Part shown: positions 1 to 10,949 of the stretch, in pieces | Position numbering within the stretch: the stretch's first letter is position 1 | Layout of the letters: every line of letters begins with the position of its first letter | Assembly (NCBI RefSeq): GCF_001194135.2 | Contig: NC_068982.1 | Coordinates: 88,815,406-88,859,965 of the forward strand | Source: Octopus bimaculoides | Lineage: Eukaryota | Length of the DNA: 44,560 bases | Reading direction: 5' to 3' | Translations under genes and position numbers: made by a program | The notes under the pieces: generated by a model | Told to the model about the DNA's origin: nothing | What the model saw: only the letters and a program-made list of their open reading frames with translations | The model's database searches: none

Positions 1-104
1 TGTTTGTATATATGTATGTTCGTGCGTATATATGTATATATATATGTATGTATGTATATATGTATATATACGTATATGTATATATATATATGAATATGTG
101 TATG

Positions 105-142
<38 letters not shown>

Positions 143-152
143 NNNNNNNNNN

Positions 153-192
<40 letters not shown>
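1..192. repeat. Compound (TA)n/(TATG)n/(TG)n microsatellite with small N gap
   Basis: Directly visible dinucleotide/tetranucleotide runs. Confidence 0.95.
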
Positions 193-194
<2 letters not shown>

Positions 195-328
195 CATAAT
201 ATTGATAAATAAATAGAGACGTAACCTACGTACATATGTACATACATAACATACATATATACATACATGACATATATACTTAGCATCCATAATAAATAGA
301 TAATAAGCATAGCATACTCACATGACGT

Positions 329-708
329 GGAGGCGCAATGGCCCAGTGGTTAGGGCAGCGGACTCGCGGTCATAGGATCGCGGTTTCGATTCCCAAACCG
401 GGTTTTGTGAGTGTTTATTGAGCGAAAACACCTAAAGCTCCACAAGGCTCCGGCAGGGGATGGTGGCGTACCCTGCTGTACTCTTCCACAACTTTCTCTC
501 ACTCTTACTTCCTGTTTCTGTTGTGCTTGTAATTCAAAGGGTTAGCCTTCTCACACTGTGTCACGCTGAATGTCCCCGAGAACTACGTTAAGGGTACACG
601 TGTCTGTGGAGTGCTCAGCCACTTGCACGTTAATTTCACGAGCAGGCTGTTCCGTTGATTGGATCAACTGGAACCCTCGACGTCGTAAGCGACGGAGTGC
701 CAAGAACA
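329..708 (+). mobile_element. tRNA-derived SINE (octopus-type), near full length
   Basis: Pol III A box TGGCCCAGTGG and B box GGTTTCGATTCCC in the head. The 3' body (GTGGAGTGCTCAGCCACTTGCACGTTAATTTCACGAGCAGG...GTCGTAAGCGACGGAGTGCC) recurs inverted at 6985-7135. Confidence 0.85.
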
Positions 709-953
709 TACATGACATACGTAGATAACAAACACACCATACTTACACAACATACATTACGAGGCCGTAATGGTTTTAAGAGTAGCGCGAAAAGACCTGG
801 TTGGAGACCTAAAATTCCGCGTTCTTTTACACGGCTTCTAATTAAAGTCAGGAACTTTTCAGCAACCACCCGCACACAGCCCATTATATTACTATATATT
901 GTTACATGGAAATATAATATAACACATCTACATGAAAACATGCATACATAATA

Positions 954-2182
954 TGCGAGGGTAAGTAAAATATTTTACGCACTTTTGTTTCTGTAATCTA
1001 TTATATAAAAGGCAAGGGTTGAACAATTACATCATGTTTCGACATAGTATCCTTATTCTTCCAGCGGTCTACAAGCTTGCTTATTCCATCGGCTGGTGAC
1101 ACAGCCATATGTACCCCGTGTCTTGAACATTTTAGTCCGTAGCAAATTTACAGTCACAGACGTGATAGTCTAAATGGGCGATGTCTAGATTGTATACAGG
1201 ATTTGCAGCAATTCTAAACCCAATTTCTCAATAGTTTCAGCTGTATGTTAGCGTGCATTGTCGTGCAAAAATAACACATGGTTTGACATTAGACCTTATC
1301 CTATGATGCGAATTGCCGGTTTCAGCTTGGTTGTCAGTACTTCACTGTAGCCTGCAGTGGTGACTTTAGATCCCCTTTTCAGGTAATGTTCTAATATAGG
1401 CCATGTTGCGTTCACAAAACCGGTTGGCATCAATTTTTTCCGCGGAAGGGTGAGTCTTGAATTTCTTTTTCGATTGCAATTCCGGCTGTTTTTATTCCAT
1501 ACTCTGCCTAATGTTTTCTCACTCGAAGTGATACAACCAGGTCTCATCTTCTGTCACTGTTGTCTCGAAAATGCTTCGCCTTCATTTTTGTAGAGGTCAA
1601 GTAAATTTTGGTAGATCTCTTCATGACAGCGCTTATGCGCTTCTGTAAGCCCATTTGGATCCCATCTAACGCAGACTTTACGGAAGCGAATCTTATCGTG
1701 GATGATTTCATATGAAGAACAACGACAAATTTGCAAAAAACATGCCACCTTATCGATGGCCACTCCTCGATTCGCTAGAACCATTTCTGGAGCTTCTGGA
1801 ATCTTCACATCATTGGTAGAGATTGATTGGCGTCCTCCACTCTCTTCATGTTTTACGCTTGTGTGGCCATTTCTACACTCGTCGTTCCACTCTAGAGCGC
1901 TGATTCACATTATAACAAAAGCCCGCGATGAATTTCAACCCCTAACATACCTTCAGACGAGAAATATTGGACCACTGATCTCTGTTCTTCTTTGGTAACA
2001 CGGCTAGCGGTGCAGCCATTTTTATTCTGTTACACAAGAGAGAAAACTGGATTGATCAACGTGAAACCTTGGTTACGTAACTACAAGAGTGCCACATTTA
2101 AGCATGCGAACGTTGAATGCAGTGCGACCAATCTAAACAAAGTTTTGGTGAAAGTGCGGATAATTATTGACTTCGCCTCGTA
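954..2182 (-). mobile_element. Mariner (DD34D-type) DNA transposon, full-length relic with disrupted transposase
   Basis: Imperfect ~30-bp TIRs (TGCGAGGGTAAGTAAAATATTTTACGCACTTT vs revcomp TACGAGGCGAAGTCAATAATTATCCGCACTTT) with TA on both sides (952-953, 2183-2184). Minus-strand peptides: ...IIHDKIRFRKVCVRWDP... (WVPHEL-like motif), ...ILEHYLKRG..., KLKPAIR; interrupted by stops and frameshifts. Confidence 0.9.
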
Positions 2183-2378
2183 TATGCATACACACACGCA
2201 TACATATCTTCATAAATACATGCACGCATGTATGCATACATACATGCATGTATGCATGTTCATATACATACATACGTTCGTACGTATGTGCATGCATACA
2301 TACATACATGCATACATACATACATACATATATACATACATACATACACACATACATACATACATACATACATACACA
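2183..2378. repeat. (CATA)n/(CA)n degenerate microsatellite
   Basis: Directly visible. Confidence 0.9.
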
Positions 2379-2981
2379 AGGACTTAAACACACGAACACA
2401 AAAACATGAGCACACGAAAAATCAGGCTAGGTGCTTGGTCGCTGTCCAACAGTTGAACTAGGAGATAGAGAAACAGAATTGAAGCGAGAGATGTCGAAGA
2501 TGCACCGCAGGAGAACCAAAACCAAAGAATTCGTTCAAAAAGAAAAGGAAAAGGAAGAATAACAAATAAAGGGAAACACAAGAACAAAACGGTCGAGAGT
2601 CTACAGAGGAGAAGAAACAGAGTTAGAGAGAAAGAAAGAGAAATTCTTGACTCTCGTACATAATAAAACACATGCATATATATAAAGACTAGTAAGATGG
2701 TAGTTAGCCAGCTTCGAGATGATGAATAACAGGGCTGTTAAATGTGCCAAGAATTATAAAAAGAAATTCTTAAAAAACACAAAATGTTATTTTAAAAAAT
2801 ATAGAAGTAAGAAACTTACTATAGAGGTTTTGTTATCCAAGACAAAGACATGGACCAGTAAATCTTGGCATTATTGTTACTAAAGGCAACGTGCCAGAAG
2901 AGATATAGCAAAACATCCCTTTCGACGTTTACAGTATAGTGGAAGTCCACCAATCAGCAGACATGCGTAAACGCACACATA

Positions 2982-3012
<31 letters not shown>

Positions 3013-3338
3013 GTATCTAGATCTGCATCTATCTACCTTTCTCTTTATCTCTCTATCTCTTTCTGTGTGTGTGTGTATATATATATATATATANNNNNNN
3101 NNNNNNNNNNNNNNNNNNNNNNNNNNNNNNNNNNNNNNNNNNNNNNNNNNNNNNNNNNNNNNNNNNNNNNNNNNNNNNNNNNNNNNNNNNNNNNNNNNNN
3201 NNNNNNNNNNNNNNNNNNNNNNNNNNNNNNNNNNNNNNNNNNNTATACATATATATATATATATATATATGGAAATTGATATATTAATTAATCATTTTTT
3301 TATTCTTATATATACATAAATACATACACATATATGTA

Positions 3339-3403
<65 letters not shown>

Positions 3404-3617
3404 GGAGATGGGGAGAAAAGAGAGAGACAGATGGAATCGTATATGGAATCTCCTGTCGAAGACGACGTACATGTTCAGTTTCTGCTGAAAAACTTGAACA
3501 AATGATTTGTGCATCAAAACAAAAAAACGAAAGAAAATCATATCTGTGCATTTATAGTGACCAACTCTGCGCTGGTCGCTTATAACGCTCAAATATCTTT
3601 GTTGTACATTAGCACAC

Positions 3618-4023
3618 TCTCTGATGCAGTATTATGAACTGTCTCCGGTAGCATCTGATCTTAATTGATTTAAAGTGTTATCATATACATGTTTTGTCTT
3701 GGTTCAGAAGGTGGGCTACAGCAAATATTCTGCCCAGTACCAGAGATTTCCTTGTCAGTCTCTTGAGCATAATCGGTTAAGCATGACCTTTAATGGCCAA
3801 CTATATGTGCGTCTCTGATCACGAGCAGGAGTTGTGGAGGAGCATCATAGCAATGTGTTGAGAAAAATTTGGTGGGCTTGAATAGTTCCACCACTGGAGA
3901 CATGTGTGTTTTTTTCGTCATCCTTAAACAACCTTATTCAGAAAACTTTTGAGCAGGATAGGCTACTCGACCTGAAGAAAGTTGTAACTTTGATTGCATG
4001 CGCTGCTCTTTCACAGTAATAAT
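3618..4023 (+). mobile_element. Internally deleted copy of the ~550-nt AAT-associated non-coding retroposon
   Basis: Head CTGATGCAGTA..., body homologous to 10339-10890 (revcomp) and 27996-28249. Terminal TGCATGCGCTGCTCTTTCACAG+TAATAAT matches the family 3' end; the central 3' segment is missing. Confidence 0.8.
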
Positions 4024-4259
4024 TTGACTCTGCTGACCACAAGGGGGTGACGATTCTTTTGTTCCCACATCGCAGGGGATTGATGATCACCTATTCACCA
4101 TCTGATGAACCTATTTACAGACCTGTGGAATTTGGTCTATTCTCCAAGCTACTTCTGTTTCTCCTACTATCTCCTCCAACCCTCACATATTTATGATTAA
4201 TTCAAGTACAATAAAAAAAAGTCGAAACTAAACAACATCTAATAATACCACACAGACTT

Positions 4260-4414
4260 TTACAATACCTGAGATTATAGGAGCCATTGGAATGATCAAA
4301 AAATGAACTGAAAATTATTTCGGAATGATCCCTGGGTTACCATCCATTCAGGAAGTGTAAAAGATTGTATTAACTTGTAAGTCAAACGTATTGAGAAAGG
4401 CATTATCGGTGTGA
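4260..4414 (+). pseudogene. R4/Dong-clade LINE ORF C-terminal fragment
   Basis: Translates as TIP.IIGAIGMIKK.TENYFGMIPGLPSIQEV.KIVLT..SNVLRKALSV*, the typical end of REL-endonuclease non-LTR ORFs. Confidence 0.65.
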
Positions 4415-4504
4415 ATTTTCTTTCCTTTTTTGCCCTTTCATAATATTACCTCTGCCTTATCAACGACGGAGGTATTGTTTTCAGTCGCATTTGTTTCCTC
4501 TACT

Positions 4505-5641
4505 GGCTGTCTCTGAGTACAGTCATGTCTATCAGGAGTTGATCATTGCTACCTCTGCACTTACGCTTGCAACCCTTCTGTTCATGTGGCAGGACTCGAT
4601 TTTTTTCCAGATGTTGGTACATTGATTCTGCGAGTATTCCAGTCAATAAATTCCACATACGTGGCAAACAGGATATCGACCTATAATTGTTTGCCGTATT
4701 GCTTTTTCTATGTTTTCCAGCTACAGCACTGTCCTACTGTCAACTACTCTGGTGTTACTTGGTCGGCATTTAACAAGATGTTGAGTTGTGCAGCTATTCG
4801 TGCATGACATTCACCAAATCTTTTGATCCAGTAGCTTTGAACTCCATCTCGTCCCGGGACCTTCCAGTCGCTCATTTTTTGCTGATTTCCTTCATTTCCC
4901 TAAATGAAACGATTAGTTCTGCCTGTTTTGGACAGACTACTGTTTGTTTCAGTTCTTGCAACCATTCAGCATCCTTCTTGTGCTCCTTGTCTTATTCCAG
5001 ATGTCACTTCAAAACCTTTGACTGTCAATGTTATCTGGTATCAACTTTTCATCTATACACTCTCCATTTATTTCATTTATATAATCTCTTCTGATCTACT
5101 CTGAATAAACTATCCTGGTGGTAACCCTCCATTCTTTGGTCGTATCTTACCATCTTTGCTTTTTTTGCAACGAGACGCTGTTTCAGTTCCTCCATTACTA
5201 TTTTCAGACAACATACGTTGTCCGTAGCCCGTAATTTGAGCATTATTTTCATTTACAGGGCTGCTCAGGTAGTAACACTTCATGACCACAAAATTAATTT
5301 GCTTGCACCATCTACGCTGTGTGTGGTGGTCCCTTTCTGGATATCGACATGCTGGAGCCGGACCAAAATCTCTGAACATATCGAGTGTAACACTGTCATC
5401 ATCATTGGCTTCAGTTTCATTACCACCGTTATTCACAATATTTTGTTTTTTCATTGTCACTCATATGAGGCAGTGATTATCAGCTTGCGCAATTACCAGT
5501 GTTTTTATTGTGACACCATCACTAGATGTATCATTAATCAGCCCATCCTTTTATACCGAGAAAAAACAATGTACATGATAACACTTCCAATCAATTAAGA
5601 TCAAAAGCCATGAGAGCCACTGCCTGGAACTGCATCCGGGC

Positions 5642-5644
<3 letters not shown>
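4505..5644 (-). mobile_element. R4/Dong-clade LINE, 5' portion (5' UTR, ORF N-terminus, internal deletion, RT N-terminal region)
   Basis: Minus-strand peptides MKKQN...RWCKQINFVVMKCYYLSSP...GYGQRM, then FRVDQKRLY...W.VPGRDGVQSYWIK...[19 protein letters not shown]...[22 protein letters not shown]. Begins directly after an (AAT)n tract at 5645. Confidence 0.85.
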
Positions 5645-5701
<57 letters not shown>

Positions 5702-6292
5702 NNNNNNNNNNNNNNNNNNNNNNNNNNNNNNNNNNNNNNNNNNNNNNNNNNNNNNNNNNNNNNNNNNNNNNNNNNNNNNNNNNNNNNNNNNNNNNNNNNN
5801 NNNNNNNNNNNNNNNNNNNNNNNNNNNNNNNNNNNNNNNNNNNNNNNNNNNNNNNNNNNNNNNNNNNNNNNNNNNNNNNNNNNNNNNNNNNNNNNNNNNN
5901 NNNNNNNNNNNNNNNNNNNNNNNNNNNNNNNNNNNNNNNNNNNNNNNNNNNNNNNNNNNNNNNNNNNNNNNNNNNNNNNNNNNNNNNNNNNNNNNNNNNN
6001 NNNNNNNNNNNNNNNNNNNNNNNNNNNNNNNNNNNNNNNNNNNNNNNNNNNNNNNNNNNNNNNNNNNNNNNNNNNNNNNNNNNNNNNNNNNNNNNNNNNN
6101 NNNNNNNNNNNNNNNNNNNNNNNNNNNNNNNNNNNNNNNNNNNNNNNNNNNNNNNNNNNNNNNNNNNNNNNNNNNNNNNNNNNNNNNNNNNNNNNNNNNN
6201 NNNNNNNNNNNGAGGAGGCGGAGGAGGAGGAGGAGAGGAGGCGGAGGAGGAGGAGTATGAAGAGGTTGAAGTGAATGAGGAGGATGAGGAGC
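5645..6292. repeat. (ATT)n tract, assembly gap, then (GGA)n-rich tract
   Basis: Directly visible either side of the N run 5702-6211. Confidence 0.9.
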
Positions 6293-6744
6293 GATAAAAC
6301 TGCGATGAGAATAAATAGAAAGCAGAGCAGAGTGGATGCACGCAGTAAGTTGGGCGTTGAATTAAGTTGGTGCTACATGGAGTAGATTAGCTCTTGAAAA
6401 TGGCAATAAAACTTTCAGATCTATCAAAAGACAGTTTGCCAGTGATAAAAGATATTATCGATGGAGATAAACAGTCTCTGCATTGTCGTGTTCACTGAAG
6501 CTTGTTAAAGTAGTTTGACGCAGCACAGAAACAGACAAGTCAAAGAGATAGCAGTGACATTCGACCGTATATGCTAATGATCTAAGTAGTAAGTTAGTTG
6601 ATTTCATATATCAGATGTGACAGCGTTATTAATTTTACTATTTTAACTGCAAATTGATATCAGATATATAATGTATTCTCTCGTCGAAGTCGATGAGCGT
6701 ATTGCCGAACGGCCTGTACAAACAGTAATCAAATGTTCGTGCCG

Positions 6745-6915
6745 GACATTAGCCCTCTCCCTCCATCAGATGGACGTTATATCAACAGGTGCATGGTGCG
6801 CCACACGTCAGGCGTGAGATGAAGTGTTTTGCTCAAGAACACAACGCACCACCCAGTCTAGGAATTGAAATCACCATCAAGCGATTGTAATTGCAACACC
6901 CTTACAGCTAAGTTA
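6745..6915 (-). mobile_element. tRNA-derived SINE 5' fragment (degenerate)
   Basis: Revcomp shows a decayed A/B-box head followed by GTTGTGTTCTTGAGCAAAACACTTCATCTCAC core. Confidence 0.6.
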
Positions 6916-6932
6916 CGAACCCTGACGCACGC

Positions 6933-6963
<31 letters not shown>

Positions 6964-6984
6964 TATTTATATATATATATATTA

Positions 6985-7323
6985 CAACGACGAGGGTTAC
7001 AGCTGAGTCGATCAACGGAATACCCTGCTCGTGAAATTAAAATGTAAGTGGCTGAGCACTCCACAGACACGTGTACTATTGACGTTGTTCTCTGGGGGAT
7101 TCAGCGTGACATAGAATGGGACAAGGCTGGCCTGGCTGGCGCGGCTGGCCCGGTTGTCCTGGCTGGTCCAGTGAAATACCGATGCTCCTCATTTTTGCCA
7201 ACTGAATGGACTGGAGCCACGTGATATATAGTATCTTGATCAAGGACACAACGTGCCCCCGGGAACTGAACTCAAGACCTTACGTTCGTGAACCGAATAC
7301 CCTAACCACTACGCCATGCGCCT
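6985..7323 (-). mobile_element. tRNA-derived SINE related to 329-708
   Basis: Revcomp head GGCGCATGGCGTAGTGGTTAGGG...GAGTTCAGTTCCC (A/B boxes); 3' domain homologous to 580-708. Confidence 0.8.
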
Positions 7324-7702
7324 TTCCAGTCTTATGCTGTAAGTGTTTATAATTGTTTTATGCTGTAGTCTAAGTTTTATGCTGTAAAGTGTTTATGATT
7401 GTGAGTATGTAGGATGATCAAATGTTTATTATACTTAATTATTGCTTTCATTAACAAGAATTTATGTTTTGTACTTCACCTTTTTAAACCAATTTAATTT
7501 CTGTTGAAGTTTCTCATGCACCTGATATATATTCCTGTGACATCAACTATTGTTTTGTTTCACATTGTTTTCTATTTGCTTATGTTATAATTTGCTTCAT
7601 TCTTACTGGAATGAAATACGAGAGAAACTTTATTTTGAACGACTAAATTACGTCTCTTTTTTTCCTTTCTTATTACATACACATACATGCACGGGTGCGC
7701 TT

Positions 7703-7783
<81 letters not shown>

Positions 7784-7924
7784 TCTATCTCTCCTGGTCA
7801 TTCAGTGATCTCTTATCTAACAATTCGTATGTTTTTGCTACACTAAATACGTTTCTTAACAATAGCGATTTCTAAAAGGGAACGGGAAATATTCTATAAA
7901 ATAATTATGCCATCCTTCTCGATT

Positions 7925-7954
7925 CTTTTTTCTTCTGCTTCTTTACAGGTGAGT
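7925..7954 (+). promoter_or_regulatory. Polypyrimidine tract + CAG immediately followed by GTGAGT (juxtaposed 3' and 5' splice signals)
   Basis: TCTTTTTTCTTCTGCTTCTTTACAG|GTGAGT; AG at 7947-7948, GT at 7949-7950. Confidence 0.45.
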
Positions 7955-9110
7955 GCATGCTTTGTGTTGTTTTTATTTGCCTCTCGAGTATTAGATTTTT
8001 ATCAAATTGTTTCGTTCTTGTTAATTTCCATTCCAAAAATACTAATGAATCATTAAATATACACCTAAAGGAATAAATGCTAATTTCATTTTAAGTTTTC
8101 TGTAAAATTTTACCTGCGAGAATGTTTTCCAAACGATTATTAGAATGAGTGGAATGGTTTTAATTAGTCACAGGACTTCATCGCTAAAAATGAGAATTAT
8201 TATATAGTTGGGTAACTAATTAATGGATCTTGCAATAGAGTACCTGCGTATTATTTCGCAATTCATTAGCTCACGCTGTAATGATTATAGTAAATAAACT
8301 TTTAATTCTAATTATTGTAAACTGAAGATCATATATTTTTGGGAAGGAAAGTCACAAATGTTTGCTTCAAGTAACGCACTGAGCGAGTTAGAACACTTTC
8401 ATCTAACAGTCCATGCGTTAAAAGAGATAAATATAATGTCGGTAGGTTATAATTCATAATGCCTGCGCTGTAGAGAGTAACCAAATATAAACATATCTTG
8501 TTATTCTCCTCGTCGCCTACCAAACAAAAATTTAAAATTATCATTAACACATGGTTTCGTCGATAAATGGTCACTCTTCGGAAAATATAAGTATTTCTAA
8601 TTCGCCTACCTATGAAATAAACTGAACAATAGTTGCTATTTATATCAAACAAAAGCTAGTAAGTAACTGAACTGGCCAAATTAATTAGTATAACATGCAT
8701 TTGTCAGCAGTTAGAATAAATAATTAATGAATATTTCATGCACACGGTGTATTAGAAAATTTAAAACAATTCAGTCTAAATTAGATTTTTCTGATATGCG
8801 TATTAGTGAAAAAGAGAGAAAGAGAGAGAGCGAGAGAGTGTGTGTGCGTGTGTGCTTGTGTGTGCAGCAGCGCCGTCACACATGTGGGTGCAATAATCCG
8901 TTGTTGCACTAACCATCCTTGAACTTTGCTGATGTTCACCAATTGTGGGCTGAAATGTTTGCAGGCTCTCAATAGCAGGGCTAGTCTTTGGGATATGGTT
9001 TCGCTTTGTTTAGGAATAGTTTTCATCAGAACGGATCCTCGTGAGAGTGGCGTGTTGTATTTAGATCGGACAGAGGGTTCCAGTCGAGTGCTGTTCATGA
9101 GTGTTGCACG

Positions 9111-9127
9111 ATGGTGAAACAAACAAG
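9111..9127 (+). CDS. Candidate first coding exon segment (MVKQT+2 nt)
   Basis: ATG in strong Kozak-like context (CACGATGG), donor AAG|GTTAGT; phase 2 fits the candidate exon at 9339. Very short, could be chance. Confidence 0.25.
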
Positions 9128-9338
9128 GTTAGTCACGTTCCACGAGAGAATACTTTTGAGGTAACTGTTCATAGAACCAGGGCCACTATGGCTTGTGGTC
9201 TATGGTTGCGGAGAGATTGAGTGGAATGAAAACCTAAAACTTGGCGTTTATGGACGTGTAGTTATATAAATAAGATATAAAATTGAATTGAGAACGAGAC
9301 TTTGGAGACGAGTAAAGTAAAATATATTTTCTTTGTAG

Positions 9339-9397
9339 GAGGAGGAGATATGGTGAAAGAATTGCTAGCAGCTTTCTGAATCTGGAGAGCAGCTGTG
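9339..9397 (+). CDS. Candidate internal exon (RRRYGERIASSFLNLESSC), phase 2 to 1
   Basis: Acceptor TATTTTCTTTGTAG|G, donor TGTG|GTAACA, open frame. Confidence 0.3.
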
Positions 9398-9609
9398 GTA
9401 ACAGATGTACTTGTGAGATTGTAGGGGAGAGACTTTGGGTAAAAGTAAATTGAAGATGTTATTTTTGAAATACAGGCGAGAGTTGTGAATTATAGGCCGT
9501 GAAATTTCTACTTAAGCACAGCTTCAAGTTTTCGGAATGAAGTCTGAGTATAGACTGTAGTCAGGAGAGTAAAAATAGAATTTTAGATAGGGGTTGACAA
9601 ATTTGTGAC

Positions 9610-9611
<2 letters not shown>

Positions 9612-9692
<81 letters not shown>
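9612..9692. repeat. (GA)n microsatellite
   Basis: Directly visible. Confidence 0.95.
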
Positions 9693-9696
<4 letters not shown>

Positions 9697-10059
9697 GAGA
9701 GATTGTATAAGTGGATTGCATGAAGGAAGTGGTAAGTCGAATCTAGTTTAGCGAGAAATGCACGGCTATTTGAGAAAAGGAGGGAAAATTTAGCATAGGA
9801 TTTAGTGCTATTTTTAGTATGACAGGTGATGATGTGTGGACAGGATGTAAGAGAGTGAACGTTGTTAAAGGCAATTAAGAACCATATGGTGGTGGTTGTT
9901 TAGGCGGCTTTGTGTGTTTAACACCAAAAACGCTGGGGGCTCTGCACGTCATTTATACAAAGGGATCATATTATATTTTATGATTTAAGCACTAAACCAG
10001 TAATGTTGAGAAGTATTAGTCGATACTATCAGCACTAGTATTTGACAAGTGCTTAGAGG

Positions 10060-10218
10060 CTTTTCTTCTAGATTTGCATTCTGAGTTCAAATTCTGCTGA
10101 AGTCGACGTTGTCTTTTATCTTTTCGGGGTCGCTAGAATTAGTACTAGCCAAGCATTGAGTTCGATGTAATCGACTAACTACTTCACCCAAATTGCATGC
10201 CTCGTCCCAATAGTAGAC
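10060..10218 (+). mobile_element. Degenerate SINE of the family seen intact at 43255-43483 (Meta/MESC-like central domain)
   Basis: TTCTGAGTTCAAATTCTGCTGAAGTCGACGTTGTCTTTTATCTTTTCGGGGTCG...TTCGATGTAATCGACT aligns to 43321-43400. Confidence 0.7.
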
Positions 10219-10249
10219 ATCATCATCATCATCATCATTATTATTATTA

Positions 10250-10320
<71 letters not shown>

Positions 10321-10338
10321 ATTATTATTATTATTATT
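10219..10338. repeat. (CAT)n-(TAT)n microsatellite
   Basis: Directly visible; serves as the (AAT)n tail of the minus-strand element at 10339-10890. Confidence 0.95.
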
Positions 10339-10890
10339 GAGTGAGAGAGCAGTGTATGCCATCAAAGTGATACTGGGGTAAAATATACGAAGCCCAGTAT
10401 ACCCATCATGACTTCTCGTCTGATAAGAGTACACCAGGCATATGCATCGCAACCATATGCGCGACAATATGACCTTATATCAAGATAAACAGCGCATGAC
10501 CTTGCAGGTGGGACCCAGTTAGAATTTACTTCGGGTTGAGTAGCACAACCTGCTGAAAGGGTCCCTGAATAAGGGTTGTTTAAGGATGTTGAACTAAATA
10601 CCCACGTTTTCAAATGTGAAGTATCCAAACCCCAAAGAATTCCTCTCAACACATAACTATGATACTCCCCCACTACTTCTGCTCGTCATCAGAGATGCAC
10701 ATATCGGCCGCCGCTAAGAGACATGCTCAACTGGTTAAGGTCAAACAACTGACAAGCAGATCTGTGGTATTGAGCAGAATAGTTGCTGTAGTCCATCTTT
10801 TATATCAAGACAAAACAATGTACATGATAATAATTTCAATCAGTTCAGATGAGAAGCCATGAAGGCCACTGCCTGGTACTGCATCAGGGT
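10339..10890 (-). mobile_element. ~550-nt non-coding AAT-flanked retroposon, full-length copy
   Basis: Both ends abut (AAT)n on the minus strand; homologous to 3618-4023 and 27579-28249; no long ORF; no recognisable pol III boxes. Confidence 0.85.
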
Positions 10891-10896
10891 TGTTGC

Positions 10897-10929
<33 letters not shown>

Positions 10930-10949
10930 CATCATAATTATTATTATTG

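Noticed and set aside
329-400. tRNA gene call for SINE heads (also 7250-7323, 43255-43340)
   Set aside because: A/B boxes are present, but there is no complete cloverleaf or acceptor stem and the sequence continues into SINE bodies.
10790-10890. Faint 5S rRNA-like (GATCT..CTGAT..GGAAG, GATGGG), U2-like or HDV-ribozyme-like character of the 550-nt element head
   Set aside because: Only short scattered matches, and I could not build an HDV P1/P2/P3 pseudoknot by eye. An Infernal search would be needed.
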